The position numbers and the translations under genes are program-made. From NCBI RefSeq assembly GCF_006345805.1, contig NC_043005.1, positions 8,742,001 to 8,806,000 on the forward strand: a stretch of 64,000 nt of DNA, read 5' to 3'. A model generated the notes under the pieces. The model was not told the origin of the DNA and searched no databases. It saw nothing but the letters and a program-made list of their open reading frames with translations. Origin of the DNA: Octopus sinensis. Taxonomy: Eukaryota. Below, piece by piece: positions 13,691 through 26,514 of this stretch (within the stretch, counting starts at the first letter, position 1; the number at the start of each line of letters is the position of its first letter).

Positions 13691-14089
13691 TATATATATA
13701 TATACAGATACATATGTATGCCTGTGTGTATGTATACATATATAAATATATATATATATATGTATATCTATGTACATGTATATATGTGTCTATGTATATA
13801 TGTATATGAATATATATATATATATGCTATTATTTTGGGTAATAGAAGTGTAACACGAATCATGAACGAGCTTTCGTATGTTGAATGGTCTTTCACACAT
13901 GCACACACCTCCTCCAGAATCAAAATATCTTGACAGATCTTTGTATACACTGTCACAAACATACGTGCAAAACACACCCCAGCAAAACATGTGAATAAAA
14001 CTGTAGTAGTGCAGAATTACCCGAAACATAAAATCTATTATCAGAAAAATAATAAGAAGAAAGAAAAAAAATAAGCAATTTGAATACCG

Positions 14090-14893
14090 TCAACAGCCAC
14101 ACATATATCCCCCCTGTTCCAATCCAAAAGGTATAACCTGCAACAGTACATGAAGACCATCATCAATAACCAGAGAACGGCGGAGGAGAAGTAGGCCATT
14201 GAGAAAATCAAATTCAACCGCAAATGTTCTTCTCCACTGTTGACCTTCTAATTGATACTGCCTCGTCAAGATAACACCAAAACTCTCAGTGAGATACTGC
14301 AGAAACAATACTGCTCGGTTTTCAGCAATCCTGAGATGGCCGATCTAGACAGTATCATTGATGTTAAAGCATGACACATTATATCGGACGTAACGTTTTG
14401 TGCCTCTCATGCCTTAGCGGCAATAAACGAAATTGAACAAAATTCAGCTGTAGGTCCTATAGGTTCCCTGCTTGTGTCCTGAAGATGTGTCAATAGCAAC
14501 TTGCATCTCCTATTCCTAATCTATGGAAGACCTTACTGAAAAATTTCGTTCTCGGTCTGTTGTTCCAGTTTTCAAAAGTTCCCTTGTACTGAATTACCAA
14601 CCGATCTCCCTCATTTCCCATATCATCAAAGTATTTGAGAAGATGCTGAGATCACGAATAACCCAGTTTCTTGAAAGTAACAGACTGCAGAACCGCAACC
14701 AAAATCGGTTCCATAATGGAAGGAACTGCCTAATGCAGCTCCTGCATCACTTTGATTACATTTTGAGAGCTTTGGGAGAGGGCTCCAACACCGATGTCAT
14801 CTACTTTGATTTTAGCAAGGTCTTTGACAGAGCTAGCTGGTAAGAAGGTTCTCATGAAAAAAAACTATCCAGCATTGGTGTCTCTGGAAAGTT
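14090..14893 (+). mobile_element. Decayed CR1/L2-group LINE ORF2 fragment (N-terminal part of RT)
   Basis: LSEILQKQYCSVFS; NYQPISLISHIIKVFEKMLRSRI...LLHHFDYILRALGEGSNTDVIYFDFSKVFDR; LSSIGVSGKL; frameshifts present. Confidence 0.9.
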
Positions 14894-14939
14894 AGTACAA
14901 TAGAGAAAGTGTACTCTCACAGAGAATGCTGAGCGGTAT

Positions 14940-15100
14940 GTTTCCGACTTCCCTTGGGAGTGCAAATGCCCCGGGTTTGACTATGCCTCTTGTCCTTACA
15001 GGATCGATAATATATAAGTACCAGTTAAATAGTAAGGTCGATGCAATCGAATTATCTTTTCCCTTAACTTTTGCCAAAATGTCAGCCAAATATAATTGTT
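14940..15100 (+). mobile_element. Highly degenerate SINE family C copy
   Basis: gtttgactatgcctc...gatcgataatatataagtaccagtt...ggtcgatgcaatcg. Confidence 0.5.
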
Positions 15101-15475
15101 TGTAAGCGTTATTGACATAGATTTGTAACTGAAAAATCATTTAAGAAACATTGAAATAATTTTATATTTCTTTGTGCAAAATTAGGTCATTATATTTCTT
15201 TGCAACAAAATTACTTAATTTTTTCAATTTCCGTATCTATAACGCCGTAAACAACAGTGAATATAAACTGACATTCCTGTAACAAAGTAGCACTAATTAA
15301 TAACCTCGGGTCGCATTTTTCACGGAAATGAGTTTTAGAAAGTGCATTTTGGCGCATATAAAATCGATATTATAATCTTCCGCAAAATTACATATATAAA
15401 CTAATCTAAAAGTCTTCGAACGTGTCTTTTTTTTTCAGTACCGAAATCCATCGATTATTATTCATGAAAACTAAT

Positions 15476-15633
15476 GAGTGACTGTGTGGTAAGTAGCTTG
15501 CTAACCAACCACATGGTTCCGGGTTCAGTACCACTGCGTGCCATCTTGGGCAACTCTCTACTGCTATAGCCCCGGGCCGACCAATGCCTTGTGAGTGGAT
15601 TTGGTAGACGGAAACTGAAAGAAGCCTGTCGTA

Positions 15634-15688
<55 letters not shown>

Positions 15689-15904
15689 TTGTGTGTCTGT
15701 GTTTGTCCCCCTAGCATTGCTTGACAACCGATGCTGATGTGTTTACGTCCCCGTCACTTAGCGGTTCGGCAAAAGAGACCGAGAGAATAAGTACTGGGCT
15801 TACAAAGAATAAGTCCCGGGGTCGAGTTGCTCGATTAAAGGCGGTGCTCCAGCATGGCCGCAGTCAAATGACTGAAACAAGTAAGGGAGTAAAAGAGTAA
15901 AGAG
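15476..15904 (+). mobile_element. SINE family A (tRNA head, CORE-like cttgggcaa box, internal (TA)(TG) tract, LINE-like 3' tail)
   Basis: gagtg(g/a)ctgtgtggtaagtagcttg head, ggttcagt B box, 3' ggcggtgctccagcatggccgcagtcaaatgactgaaac plus (aaagagt)n. Confidence 0.93.
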
Positions 15905-16559
15905 GACACAAAGCAGAACATAGAGGAATGTCAAAGATTTATCTCGCTGAATGTTTGCTTGATGAAGGCTTCTTTCCAGATAACCGATACAGCAACAATG
16001 ACAACAATAGAAATAAATATATCTGGTATATATATAATATAAATATAGACGTTATACAGAGCGTTATATTCAACATGATCATCTCAGTAACATAAAAGCA
16101 TGCGCCAGTAAAGGAGTCAATTTATAAGTGTTCTGAGTGTTAAAGACAGCACGCAACTCTCCTTCGAATCTTACGCTGATGAGTGTAATTATAGATACAA
16201 TAATACTGAAACGAAAACATAAAAAGAAGTTCGATCTTAGATGTGCTCTATGAAAACTTATTTAGAGCTAAACAACTGAAACAATACTTAGAATATAAAT
16301 GTAACACAAAGATGACCGACCTAGAAAAGGTACATCCGGCCGCGTACTTTCTTAAAATATATCCCTCAAACTTCCTTCAATCCCACAATTTTGTCTCAAA
16401 TTATGGAACAGCATAGTGGATAATGTAGTTCTCGATACACCAGATATGAAAGTAAAATAGTATTGTCACTGCTTTTGAGGAAAGATCTACTAGGGATAAC
16501 TCGCTACGAAAACGACCAGAGAAGAAAACATTTCCAAGGTATGCAAAATATAAACATAT

Positions 16560-16941
16560 GGAAGCACTCCGTCGGTTACGACGATGAGGGTTCCGATTGA
16601 TCCGATCAACGGAACAGCCTGCTCGTGAAATTAACGTGTAAGTGGCTGAGCACTCCACAGACACGTGCACCCTTAACGTAGTTCTCGGGGATATTCAGCG
16701 TGACACAGAGAGTGAAAAGGCCGGCCCTTTGAAATACAGGTACAACAGAAACAGGAAGTAAGAGTGAGAGAAAGTTGTGGTGAAAGAGTACAGCAGGGAT
16801 CCACCACCATCCCTGCCGGAGCCTCGTGGAGCTTTTAGGTGTTTTCGCTCAATAAACACTCACAACGCCCGGTCTGGGAATCGAAACCGCGATCCTATGA
16901 CCGCGAGTCCGCTGCCCTAACCACTGGGTCATTGCGCCTCC
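16560..16941 (-). mobile_element. SINE family B (tRNA-derived head)
   Basis: Reverse complement begins ggaggcgcaatgacccagtggttagggcagcggactcgc, B box ggtttcgattcc; closely similar copies at 23696 and 49787. Confidence 0.93.
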
Positions 16942-17834
16942 ACATAAATATATAAAGCCTAAATGAAACTTTGGGGGGGGGGGATTAGTGACACATATAT
17001 TATCAATTCTATAGATGAGGATTTATTTTATCGTATCGCCAGAGAGAATGGCAGTGTCCGTCTCGCTTTACTGGACACCCAGGTCTTGTGGAACGAAAGT
17101 GAGAATGAAAGTCACTTCAAAATGAAATCTTGACTCGAATGCTTGCAATACCCAAGATCCTGGGTCAGGCTATTGAAGCGGTCGTTGGAGGAAGTACAAC
17201 ACTCAATTTGCTGATGTCGGAAGATGAACTCAGGTTTGAAAGAGGTGGAACAAATATAGCAAGTCCTCCCGTCCGTCGTTCTTACAGTTCCGCCAATCCA
17301 CTGCCCTGGATTGTTGCTGTATGTCGACACTGAGAGAGTGAAAGGCAAAATTGACTCAGCTGGATTTGAACTTAGAAGCCAGTGACTCAAAACAAATACT
17401 GCAAAGCACTCTAGCGAACGATCTAATGGCTGTTAGTTTATAAGAAATCGGTTTGAGTATATTCGTGCAGGCTCTTGAACAGTTCTTTTGTTGTTCTTTG
17501 TGTTTACTGTCAAGTCAATCACCGGGGAAAAGACGAAGATATGCAAGTCCTTCTTAAGAATATGCAAAACTAAATGATCTCATGCACCACCTCCTTATAA
17601 CAAACAACAATATTTTCCTACCGGATTTTTGTTACCATTGTAAAGATTTTCTCCTTAGCCCCCACCCCGCGTAGTGTCTCTTTTGTTTGTGCAGCACTTC
17701 TTCATACATTATTTCAATGGCGGAATATCTTGAAGGACTTGTATGAATTCATGGGGACGTGATTAAATAGAAGCACTTTTTATAGATGGTCAATGATTAT
17801 CATACTGTGCACGTATATTGCATAAAGCTTGAGA

Positions 17835-18210
17835 CGTCTATAGTAACTAGCAACTTAATTACTTTCACAGAAATGGACACTTGAATCTGATCCATCTATA
17901 GTAATTAGTTACACACCTTCCGTTTTATCTGAAACAAAATCCTTAGACATCCATGATAATTAGACCGTTAAATTATGTGGAAAGAGGTCTGATATATCGA
18001 TAGTCATTTGCAATGTACCTGCTATGGAAGTCAGAGGTATTCTCAGCAATTAGACAAATAAATAATTATTTATGTCTAAAATAAAAGGCCGAGCCATTTA
18101 TAGTAATTAACCAGCTAAATGTTAATAACTTGAATAGAAGGTCGAACCACGTATAATAATTAGACAGCTAAATAATTTATCTGTACAAAACAACGCGGGA
18201 GCGTCTATGT
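17835..18210. repeat. Degenerate minisatellite, about 45-58 bp period, 6-8 units
   Basis: Recurrent c(a/g)tctatagtaattagacagctaaat-like motif; aattag-type cores at about 17845, 17903, 17958, 18048, 18105, 18158. Confidence 0.6.
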
Positions 18211-18624
18211 TGTTACTCACCTTGCAAGGAATAGCTGAGAAAATTCCCCCATACTTTTCTCTACTGCGAAAATGACACACTGAATGGTTGGATCGTGATT
18301 TTCATTGAGCTACATTTTTTCATAGATTTTTGTTTAAAGGCATTCTTTAAACAAACCATTAACCTAAAATTTTATTTGGTACACAAACTTGTACACTGTT
18401 ACAAATAGAGACACAAACAGAAAAATTTGTAAGAGCTAGTAATTTGCCTCGCTTTTATAACTACTTGATAAAATGTCGCTCTATTGTAGTTACATGCCGT
18501 GATTGTCTGGGAAATCGCAGAATATTATTATGGAAAAAAATCATGCGATTTTTAGCATATGACACAATATCGAAATATTGTAATTCCGTGCATGGAATAT
18601 GAAGTGCAATAATAGGAAAATGAG

Positions 18625-18815
18625 CTGGCTCAACCTACTAGCAATAGCAACTAACTTCCTTGGAATCGCACCTTATTCCTTTAAAAGAGACGATGCATTA
18701 GATAATGTAGTCCAAGACACCATTGAAAAGACAGGATGGTTAAGGCCGCTCTATCAACGCTTATGACTCGTCTAAATCAGAGCTCATTTTGTGCTATAAA
18801 CAATAGCAAAAATAC
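18625..18815 (+). mobile_element. Degenerate tail of an older interspersed repeat (related pieces at about 43620-43800 and 43860-44045)
   Basis: Shared t(a/g)ctag(c/a)aa(t/a)agc..aa....tc and ataatgtagtc motifs in the same order. Confidence 0.4.
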
Positions 18816-20662
18816 CATATGGCTTTCGTAGATACTAGCGTAGCTTCAGTTACCAAGCTCTAAAACAATTAAGCTACATACTGCATAAAACTTCATCGTC
18901 ATCGACAATGGCTACAAAGTTGTAGTGAAAAATCTAATAAATCAGAAAATGGTATCATGTAAGCCAACACAATATTAAATAATATTGTTCTAGCTTACAT
19001 GATACGCTTTTTAGAATTTAATTCCCACCGGCAATTGACTTTGGTATATTATCGTTACAAATCAATAAATAGGTAGCAGCAGTATACGCGGGTCGATTAT
19101 ATCGAATATATCCGACTCATGCTCAGAAAGACACTAAAATATACTTGTCTCCATAATGGTAAAATGGTTATCTAACGTTCTGTTCTCGATGTGTTATAAT
19201 GCCTGAGAGTAAAACATATTGACTATTCTTCGATTCCATTCATACGGAGTTTTGTCAAGTTAATCAATATGTTGACTTGAAATACAACTGCATAATACTT
19301 ACACTTCAAATGTAACTGTTATTTCTTATTTGGAACACTCATTTTGCCTCTTCTATCTATTTATCGACTGAATTTTTTCTCTCTCATCTATTCATCTGTA
19401 TAGTTTATATATATGTGATGTGCGTTATTTTTTCTGCCAGCTATTTCTTTTTTCTTTTGGCTTTTCATTAAAAGTTCTTTTTTTTTTTTGGTAATTCCTT
19501 GAATAATTTGATTTTCGATTTTCTTTTAATTGATTTATTTTATTTTATTTATGTAAATATATTTATTTTTTGCACATATATTTTTGCTGACATAAAAAAT
19601 CTACCATGGAAAATTGTAGAAAGAAAATCTCTTGATAAATCACAAGATATGTCCACTGTGTAAAATATATGATTAGACGTACAAAACACAGTTACGAACA
19701 CACATTTGCGTATGCAGACACATAATACATGCATACTTTACCTCGTATGTATTGGTACTTACATATACACACACCAATACATCGGCAGGCACAGACTATA
19801 GGCAGAAACTCAGTCAAGTTGATACTACTTATACAAGTGCTTACTGACTGTGTGAAAGGATGAATGGTTATCAACTGATAGAAAATTTTGCATTTATAAA
19901 CAATTGAATTCTGAATGTAATAATATTTATACTTCAACCAATATATACCAACAGCAGCAGAAAATTTGTTTTAAATTAACTGAAATTTATATATTGCAAA
20001 TATAAAGTCTATATTTCTCATATATTTTGACTCACCTTATATCGGCTGTTGAATTTAAAACTATTCAGTATCATTTTAAAATGATTTGCGTTCTAAATTT
20101 TCGTCTCAGTCTAAATATTTTCCTTCCACACTCTATATTTTCTCTTTCACTCTATATGTGCTTGAATGTGAGTATCTGTACGCATCCAAGAATGCGTTTG
20201 TGCAAGAAGAGAGAGGAACTAAGTAGCGAGTGAGATAGGACCTGGCAAAAAGAAGAAAAGAAAATTCGCTAGATTTTCCAAATAACTGTCGGTCTCGTTG
20301 AAAGTTAGAGAACCTCCGCATGAGTACTCTTCCAATTATCCTTAACCACAAAATTCTACGCTTTATCTACTCAGAAGGGTACTTTTATTATACCGTTCAG
20401 GAAAGGAACTGGACTTAGCTTGAAAGTATATGTTAGACGCGCAAAACACCTCGTTAATGCTGCGTGGATTGCAGAAGAAAACAGCAGAATTTAACTTGTC
20501 AAGTAGTATGATTATATAGAAAAGAAAGACTCTGCCGACTTCCCATGTTCGAGAAGATTAATTCCTATTTTTCTTCATATCTTAAATTCATCTGGCAGCT
20601 TTGATTTTACCTAACCACCTATGTGTATCTATTTCTACGATAAAAGCGACATGTGTGTGCGC

Positions 20663-20698
<36 letters not shown>

Positions 20699-21104
20699 TC
20701 AGTCACCCCCCCACTTGATGGCAGTCAGCTAAATAACGTGTATAATTATATTTAGTTAATGAACAGGTTACATAAGTGATTCTTAGCTAAATACAATTTG
20801 GGAATATGACAGCCGTCATCGTATGCAGGTGTGTGTTACTTCAGACTAACAATAGAAAGACAAAATTTAGTACGTAATTACAAGTCATATTGTTTTGTGT
20901 GGTGAAGAGTTCTTACTTGTGGTTAGCAAATGATTATTTGAAGGAATTGTTGATATCTATATTATTTGATTTCTTTGGGTCTCATTCAAACTGTAATATT
21001 GTGTAATGCAATTATCTTCAAAATGCACAAAAGCATTCAATATATTTTACCCATGATATGCTCACAATTAATTATAAGTTAACCTTCCGTATGAATATTC
21101 TTTT

Positions 21105-22040
21105 CTACTCTAGGCACAAGAACCGAAGGTTTTGGGAAGGGGACCGATCGATTAGATCGACCCCATTACGCAACTGGTATTAATTTATCTACCTCGAAAA
21201 GTGAAAGGCAAAGTCGACCTCGGCGGAATTTGAAATCAGAACGTAAAGACAAACGAAATACCTATTTCTTTATTACCCACAAGGGGCTAAACACAGAGGG
21301 GACAAACAAGGTCAGACATAGGTATTAAGTCGATTACATCGACCCCGGTGCGTAACTGGTACTTAATTTATCGACCCCGAAAGGATGAAAGGCAAAGTCG
21401 ACCTCGGCGGAATTTGAACTCAACGTAACGCAGACGAAATACCGCTAAGCATTTCGCCCGGCGTGCTAATGTTCCTTATTTCTTTACTGCCCACAAGGGA
21501 CCACACATAGAGGGGACAAACAAGGACAGACAAACGGATTAAGTCGATTATATCGACCCCAGTGCGTAACTGGTACTTATTTAATCGACCCCGAAAGGAT
21601 GAAAGGCAAAGTCGATCTCGGCGGTATTTGAACTCAGAACGTAGCGGCAGACGAAATACCTATTTTTTTACTACCCATAAGGGGCTAAACACAGAGAGAA
21701 CAAACAAGGACAGACAGATTAAGTCGATTACATCAACCCCAGTGCGTAACTGGTACTTAATTTATCTACCCCGAAAGGATGAAAGGCAAATTCGACATCA
21801 GCGGAGTTTGAACTGAGAACGTAGCGGCAGACGAAATACCTATTTCTTTACTACCCACAAGGGGCTAAATACAGAAGGGACAAAGAAGGACAGACAAACG
21901 GATTAAGTCGATTATATCAACTCCAGTGTGTAACTGGTACTTATTTAATCGACCCCGAAAGGATGAAAGGCAAAGTCGACCTCGGCGGGATTTGAACTCA
22001 GAACGTAGCGGCGTGCTAATATTTCTGCCAGCTCGCCGCC
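21105..22040 (-). mobile_element. Multimeric SINE family C array: five ~180-bp units (trimer plus dimer, head to tail)
   Basis: gaaatacc anchor at about 21255, 21436, 21653, 21833; full head ggcggcgagctggcagaa at 22040; second partial head (ttagcacgccgggcgaaatgcttagcgg) at about 21440-21470. Confidence 0.92.
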
Positions 22041-22911
22041 TTTTCCTGTATGAATATTACCCATTCTCAGATATAATTTAGGGCAATTATTATATCTCAA
22101 GTTTAGTTTGTAACAAGATTTCCTTCCCATAACACAGTCCTCCATAGATGAAACATTTTCAGATTCTTTCATTTACCATACAATGCGCAAGCCTGCTTAT
22201 ATCAGTCAGCTCCGTCAAAAGAGGTTGCTATACTTAAAAATTTTAATCAGTCCAAGCTTTCAACATCACCTACCACCGCCAAGAAATACGTACATTTTGT
22301 TCAGTTCACCTTTGCCGAAAACTCTCCAACTGTTTAACATGCTTTTAATATCATGCCTATTAGTATAATTTGTTACATATCATTGAGCCTAAAGTAAAGA
22401 TTACAATCTTTCAAAATATAGTCACCGCTTCTGAATTTTATTCGCTGTTACGCCAATATTGTCTCATTATTTTACAAATTTTCTAAGGCACTTTGAAGAT
22501 GATATATTGCTCACAGTTTTGCAATGCATCATTACCTGAGAAAGCACTCAGGAATATGGCTGATACTTAGTTTTATCAAGATTTATTGTGATGTCTTGCA
22601 TATAACACGCTAATGTAAAATGTTTGATCTCACAATGAAATTTATTGTTAGGAGATTACGATGTGTTTCAATATGTGAGGTGATAATATATTCATGATGC
22701 TTAAATTAGGCTGTTACCAGAGTTAAATTTGCAATATAGCTGGTATACTTGTAATGTTAGTGGGTTTTCCTTTTTAAAGTTTGTCGAAAGAAACTCTAAT
22801 TTCAGTAAAATTAGAAGTTTTTTCCAAAAGGAATTTTACTGAAATTTCATAAATGAGTATTCAAAATGGCTACTCAATTCTTGAGGATTATTTTAATAAT
22901 GACTTTATTAA

Positions 22912-23312
22912 AGGATTGGCTGTGTGGTAAGTAGCTTGCTAAACAACCACATGGTTCTGGGTTCAGTCCCACTGCGTGGCATCTTGGGCAAGTGTCTTCT
23001 GCTGTAGCCCCGGAACGACCCCAATGCCTTGTGAGTGGATTTGGTAGACGGAAACTGAAAGAAGCCTGTCGTATATATGTATATATATATATATATGTAT
23101 GTATCTGTGTTTGTTCCCCTAGCATTGCTTGACAACCGATGCTGGTGTGTTTACGTCCCCGTCACTTAGCGGTTCGGCAAAAGACACTGATAGAATAAGT
23201 ACTGGGCTTACAAAGAATAAGTCGCGGGGTCGAGTTGCTCGATTAAAGGCGGTGCTCCAGCATGGCCGCAGTCAAATGACTGAAACAAGTAAAAGAGTAA
23301 AGAGTAAAGAGT
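22912..23312 (+). mobile_element. SINE family A
   Basis: Same head, core and tail as 15476-15904. Confidence 0.93.
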
Positions 23313-23498
23313 TTGCTTTATATATTGTCATTAATTAGTGCAAGATAATTCCATAATCTTGAACCGTTAATCCCTGCGCATGTATTTCTCTCTCCGTTTT
23401 TTTTTTCATTCTGCTGCAAGATATATTGCCTAATTTCACTATATGCTAAATTGTCTAAGATTGATCTGCTGGCATGTCTCAATGTTTCATGCCACGGA

Positions 23499-23730
23499 AT
23501 TAGAAACAACTCGAGATATATAAAGAAAATCGAACATACACACACAAAGTTTAAAGCATTTAGAATATAGACAGCGTGACACTCTGTCGGTTACGACGAC
23601 GAGGGTTCCCGTTGATTAGAAACAACTCGAGATATATAAAGAAAATCGAACATACATACACAATGTTTAAAGCATTTAGAATATAGACATCGTGACACTC
23701 TGTCGGTTACGACGACGAGGGTTCCCGTCG
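23499..23730. repeat. 116-bp tandem duplication spanning the 3' junction of a SINE B copy
   Basis: attagaaacaactcgagatatataaag...cactctgtcggttacgacgacgagggttcccg at 23499 and 23615. Confidence 0.93.
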
Positions 23731-24073
23731 ATCCGATCAACGGAACAGCCGGCTTGTGAAATTAACGTGTAAATGGGTGAGCACTTCACAGACACGTGTA
23801 TCCTTAACGCAGTTCTCGGGGAAATTCAGCGTGATACAGTGTGTGACAAGGCTGGCCCTTTGAAATACACGTACCATAGAAACAGGAAGAAACAGAGAGA
23901 GGAAGTTGTGGTGAAAGAGTATAGCAGAGTTCACCCCCTCCCCCACTGCCGGAGTCTCGTAGAGCTATAGGTGTTTTCGTTCAATAATCACTCACAATGC
24001 CCAGTCTGGGAGGCGAAACCGCGATCCTACGTCTGCGAGTCCGCTGCCCTAACCACTGGGCCATTGCGCCTCC
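23696..24073 (-). mobile_element. SINE family B
   Basis: Collinear with 16560-16941. Confidence 0.92.
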
Positions 24074-24375
24074 ACATATAGACGTAGTACGCGATATAGC
24101 TTCCAGCAAGCCTTTTTCAGTATGTGGCATTGATATGTCAATACAATGAGGAAACATCGGTGTCTGTCGCCCCGAAAAAGAAAAAAAGGGACCTGATGTA
24201 ATTTGTCTCACTTGCCTATGACTTACTTTCAGGTGTTTTACACCAGGGCTATTGAGAATATATTCTTTCCCGCCTAAGAAAACAAAAAGCAAAGCCGCCC
24301 CACGAACCAACAATACACACGCCTTGCGTATGTGTGCTTGATTTTTGTGTATATACTTGAGCTGCTCCTAATTGG

Positions 24376-24425
<50 letters not shown>

Positions 24426-24791
24426 CGAGCAAAACGCCGCCCGTTCAATGGGCGGTGCTGAGTTGTCAAACATTTAAACCAAATTTTCTCACAACAACTT
24501 GTCCGACCTTCCCACAGGCCTCTCCTTTGAGAAACGCTGATTTAACCTGAATTTGAGGCACTAGCAAAATAAGAAATAACGATAGGCTTTTTCTCGCGTA
24601 CGCGTAGTATCGATCGCAGATAGCCAGATAACCGAAGAGATGGTGTTGTGGATTTCCACCTCGGTATCCGAAACTCAGAGTTTTATCTTGGCTACCGAAT
24701 AATTGTCACATATTATTTTACAGATAACTTTCCTTTATTTACATGATATTGAGGTCTCTTTCTTTCTTTTTTTATCTTACCGTTTTTACCA

Positions 24792-24844
<53 letters not shown>

Positions 24845-24846
<2 letters not shown>

Positions 24847-25140
24847 AGGGTTGAAGAAAATAACGTAAACACCTTAAAGATTCAAACAATTTTATTTTAA
24901 TATGGGGTAGGACGACCTTTGGCAGTAATTACAGCTTGAATTCTACAAGGTATGGACTGGTACACACTTTGAATTGTTTCCAAAGGAAGTTTTATCCATT
25001 CTTCAGCTAAAACAGTCTCCGGTTCTTGTAGTGATGATGGTGGAGAATATCGACTCCTTACGTGTTTTTCTAAACCATAAATGCTCAATAATATTGAGAT
25101 CTGGGGACAATGGTGGCCAAATAAATTGTTCAACCTCTGT
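24845..25140 (-). mobile_element. Tc1-like transposon 3' fragment with one terminal inverted repeat
   Basis: Minus strand encodes PQSPDLNIIEHLW-like (frameshifted) then LEKHVRSRYSPPSSLQEPETVLAEEWIKLPLETIQSVYQSIPCRIQAVITAKGRPTPY*; end TA|caagggttg...aaacacc resembles Tc1 TIRs. Confidence 0.85.
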
Positions 25141-25213
25141 ATATTTATTATATTTATATATATACATTTACATACATACATATATATATATATAGATAGA
25201 TAGATAGATAGAT

Positions 25214-25284
<71 letters not shown>

Positions 25285-25304
25285 TAGATAGATAGATATA
25301 CATA

Positions 25305-25372
<68 letters not shown>

Positions 25373-25390
25373 TACATACATATATACATA
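25140..25390. repeat. (TA)n/(TAGA)n microsatellite
   Basis: Direct reading. Confidence 0.95.
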
Positions 25391-25562
25391 TTAATGCAGC
25401 CGACTCAAAAGAGGAGAGAAGTATCGAACACCCTCCGTCACTAAAATCCAATCAAATAAAATCGGCCACTAAAGGTTGATTACACTGACCACGGCCTCAA
25501 CATGTAAAAGAATATATATATATATATATATATATTTAATATGTACATACAAACATATGTAT

Positions 25563-25625
25563 GCTCTTTTATGCTCTTTTACTTGTTTCAGTCATTTGAC
25601 TGTGGCCATGCTGGAGCACCGCCTT
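25563..25625 (-). mobile_element. Isolated 3' tail of SINE family A
   Basis: ctcttttacttgtttcagtcatttgactgtggccatgctggagcaccgcc. Confidence 0.85.
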
Positions 25626-26514
25626 TATATATACACTTATATAACTATATATACAATTATTCACGGACATATAATATATGTGTATGTATGTAAACATGTA
25701 TGTCTGAGCATACCAATCAGCGTATGTTTTTGCATATTCAGGAATTTTAGAGAAAACAGATATGCATGATAAATTGCAATGCAATATATATAATTCCTTT
25801 CATATACAATTCAATATGTCATAGCAATTTCTCTTAGTCAAATCCTAATTGAGCAACATTCCATAATAATTTAAGAGGAATGCATTTCCCTATGATGAAC
25901 TGAAAAAATAAACAGAAAAAAAAAACACACACACACACACAGATAAACAACTATGTAAAAACAAAATAGATAAAAAGAGGAGCAGTAAATGAAATAAGCG
26001 ACCTAAATTATCTACAAATTATAATTTTTAGTCTGCTTGCTTTGAAAATAGAGACTGCAATATTCGCTTTCTTTTTGAAATAGTGATCATTACAATAGAT
26101 TTCCAAGCAGGAAAATGCTAATGCCGTTAATGAGGAACAGACATTTACCGAACTGATGAATATAATAGGTTAAAGTGAAGACAATCTTCATTATGTCTAT
26201 TATATTTGAAATGATCTGCGGTCTAAATAATGTACATAACTAACGGGTTACAGCGTTCGACTGGAAACCATCTCTTGTTCATTCCAGAATAGCATTAATG
26301 CATAATTGCGGTTCAAACTAAATAAATTTTTTTTTTTTAAATTTGGATAAAAAGCAAAGTAGTCTGATTACAAAGCTCTTTTTTGCAAACTTATGGATTC
26401 GGTTTCAGTTCAAGTGGGTAAAGGTCTTCTACGATATAACAACGCACACCAGCGGAATTGTTTTAGCTAAATATTCTTTCAGCTTTATAATTATTGACAT
26501 ACCAAGGGGCGCAA

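Noticed and set aside
16176-16215. CTGATGA...GAAACG hammerhead candidate
   Set aside because: Stem II is poor, the U of the cleavage triplet is missing and stem I is not convincing.
15476-16941. tRNA genes at SINE heads
   Set aside because: A and B boxes are present, but they continue into multi-copy SINE bodies and do not form complete cloverleaves.
21105-22040. Regular ~180-bp repeats as a CRISPR-like array
   Set aside because: The units are whole repeats without unique spacers and derive from a SINE; the sequence is eukaryotic.
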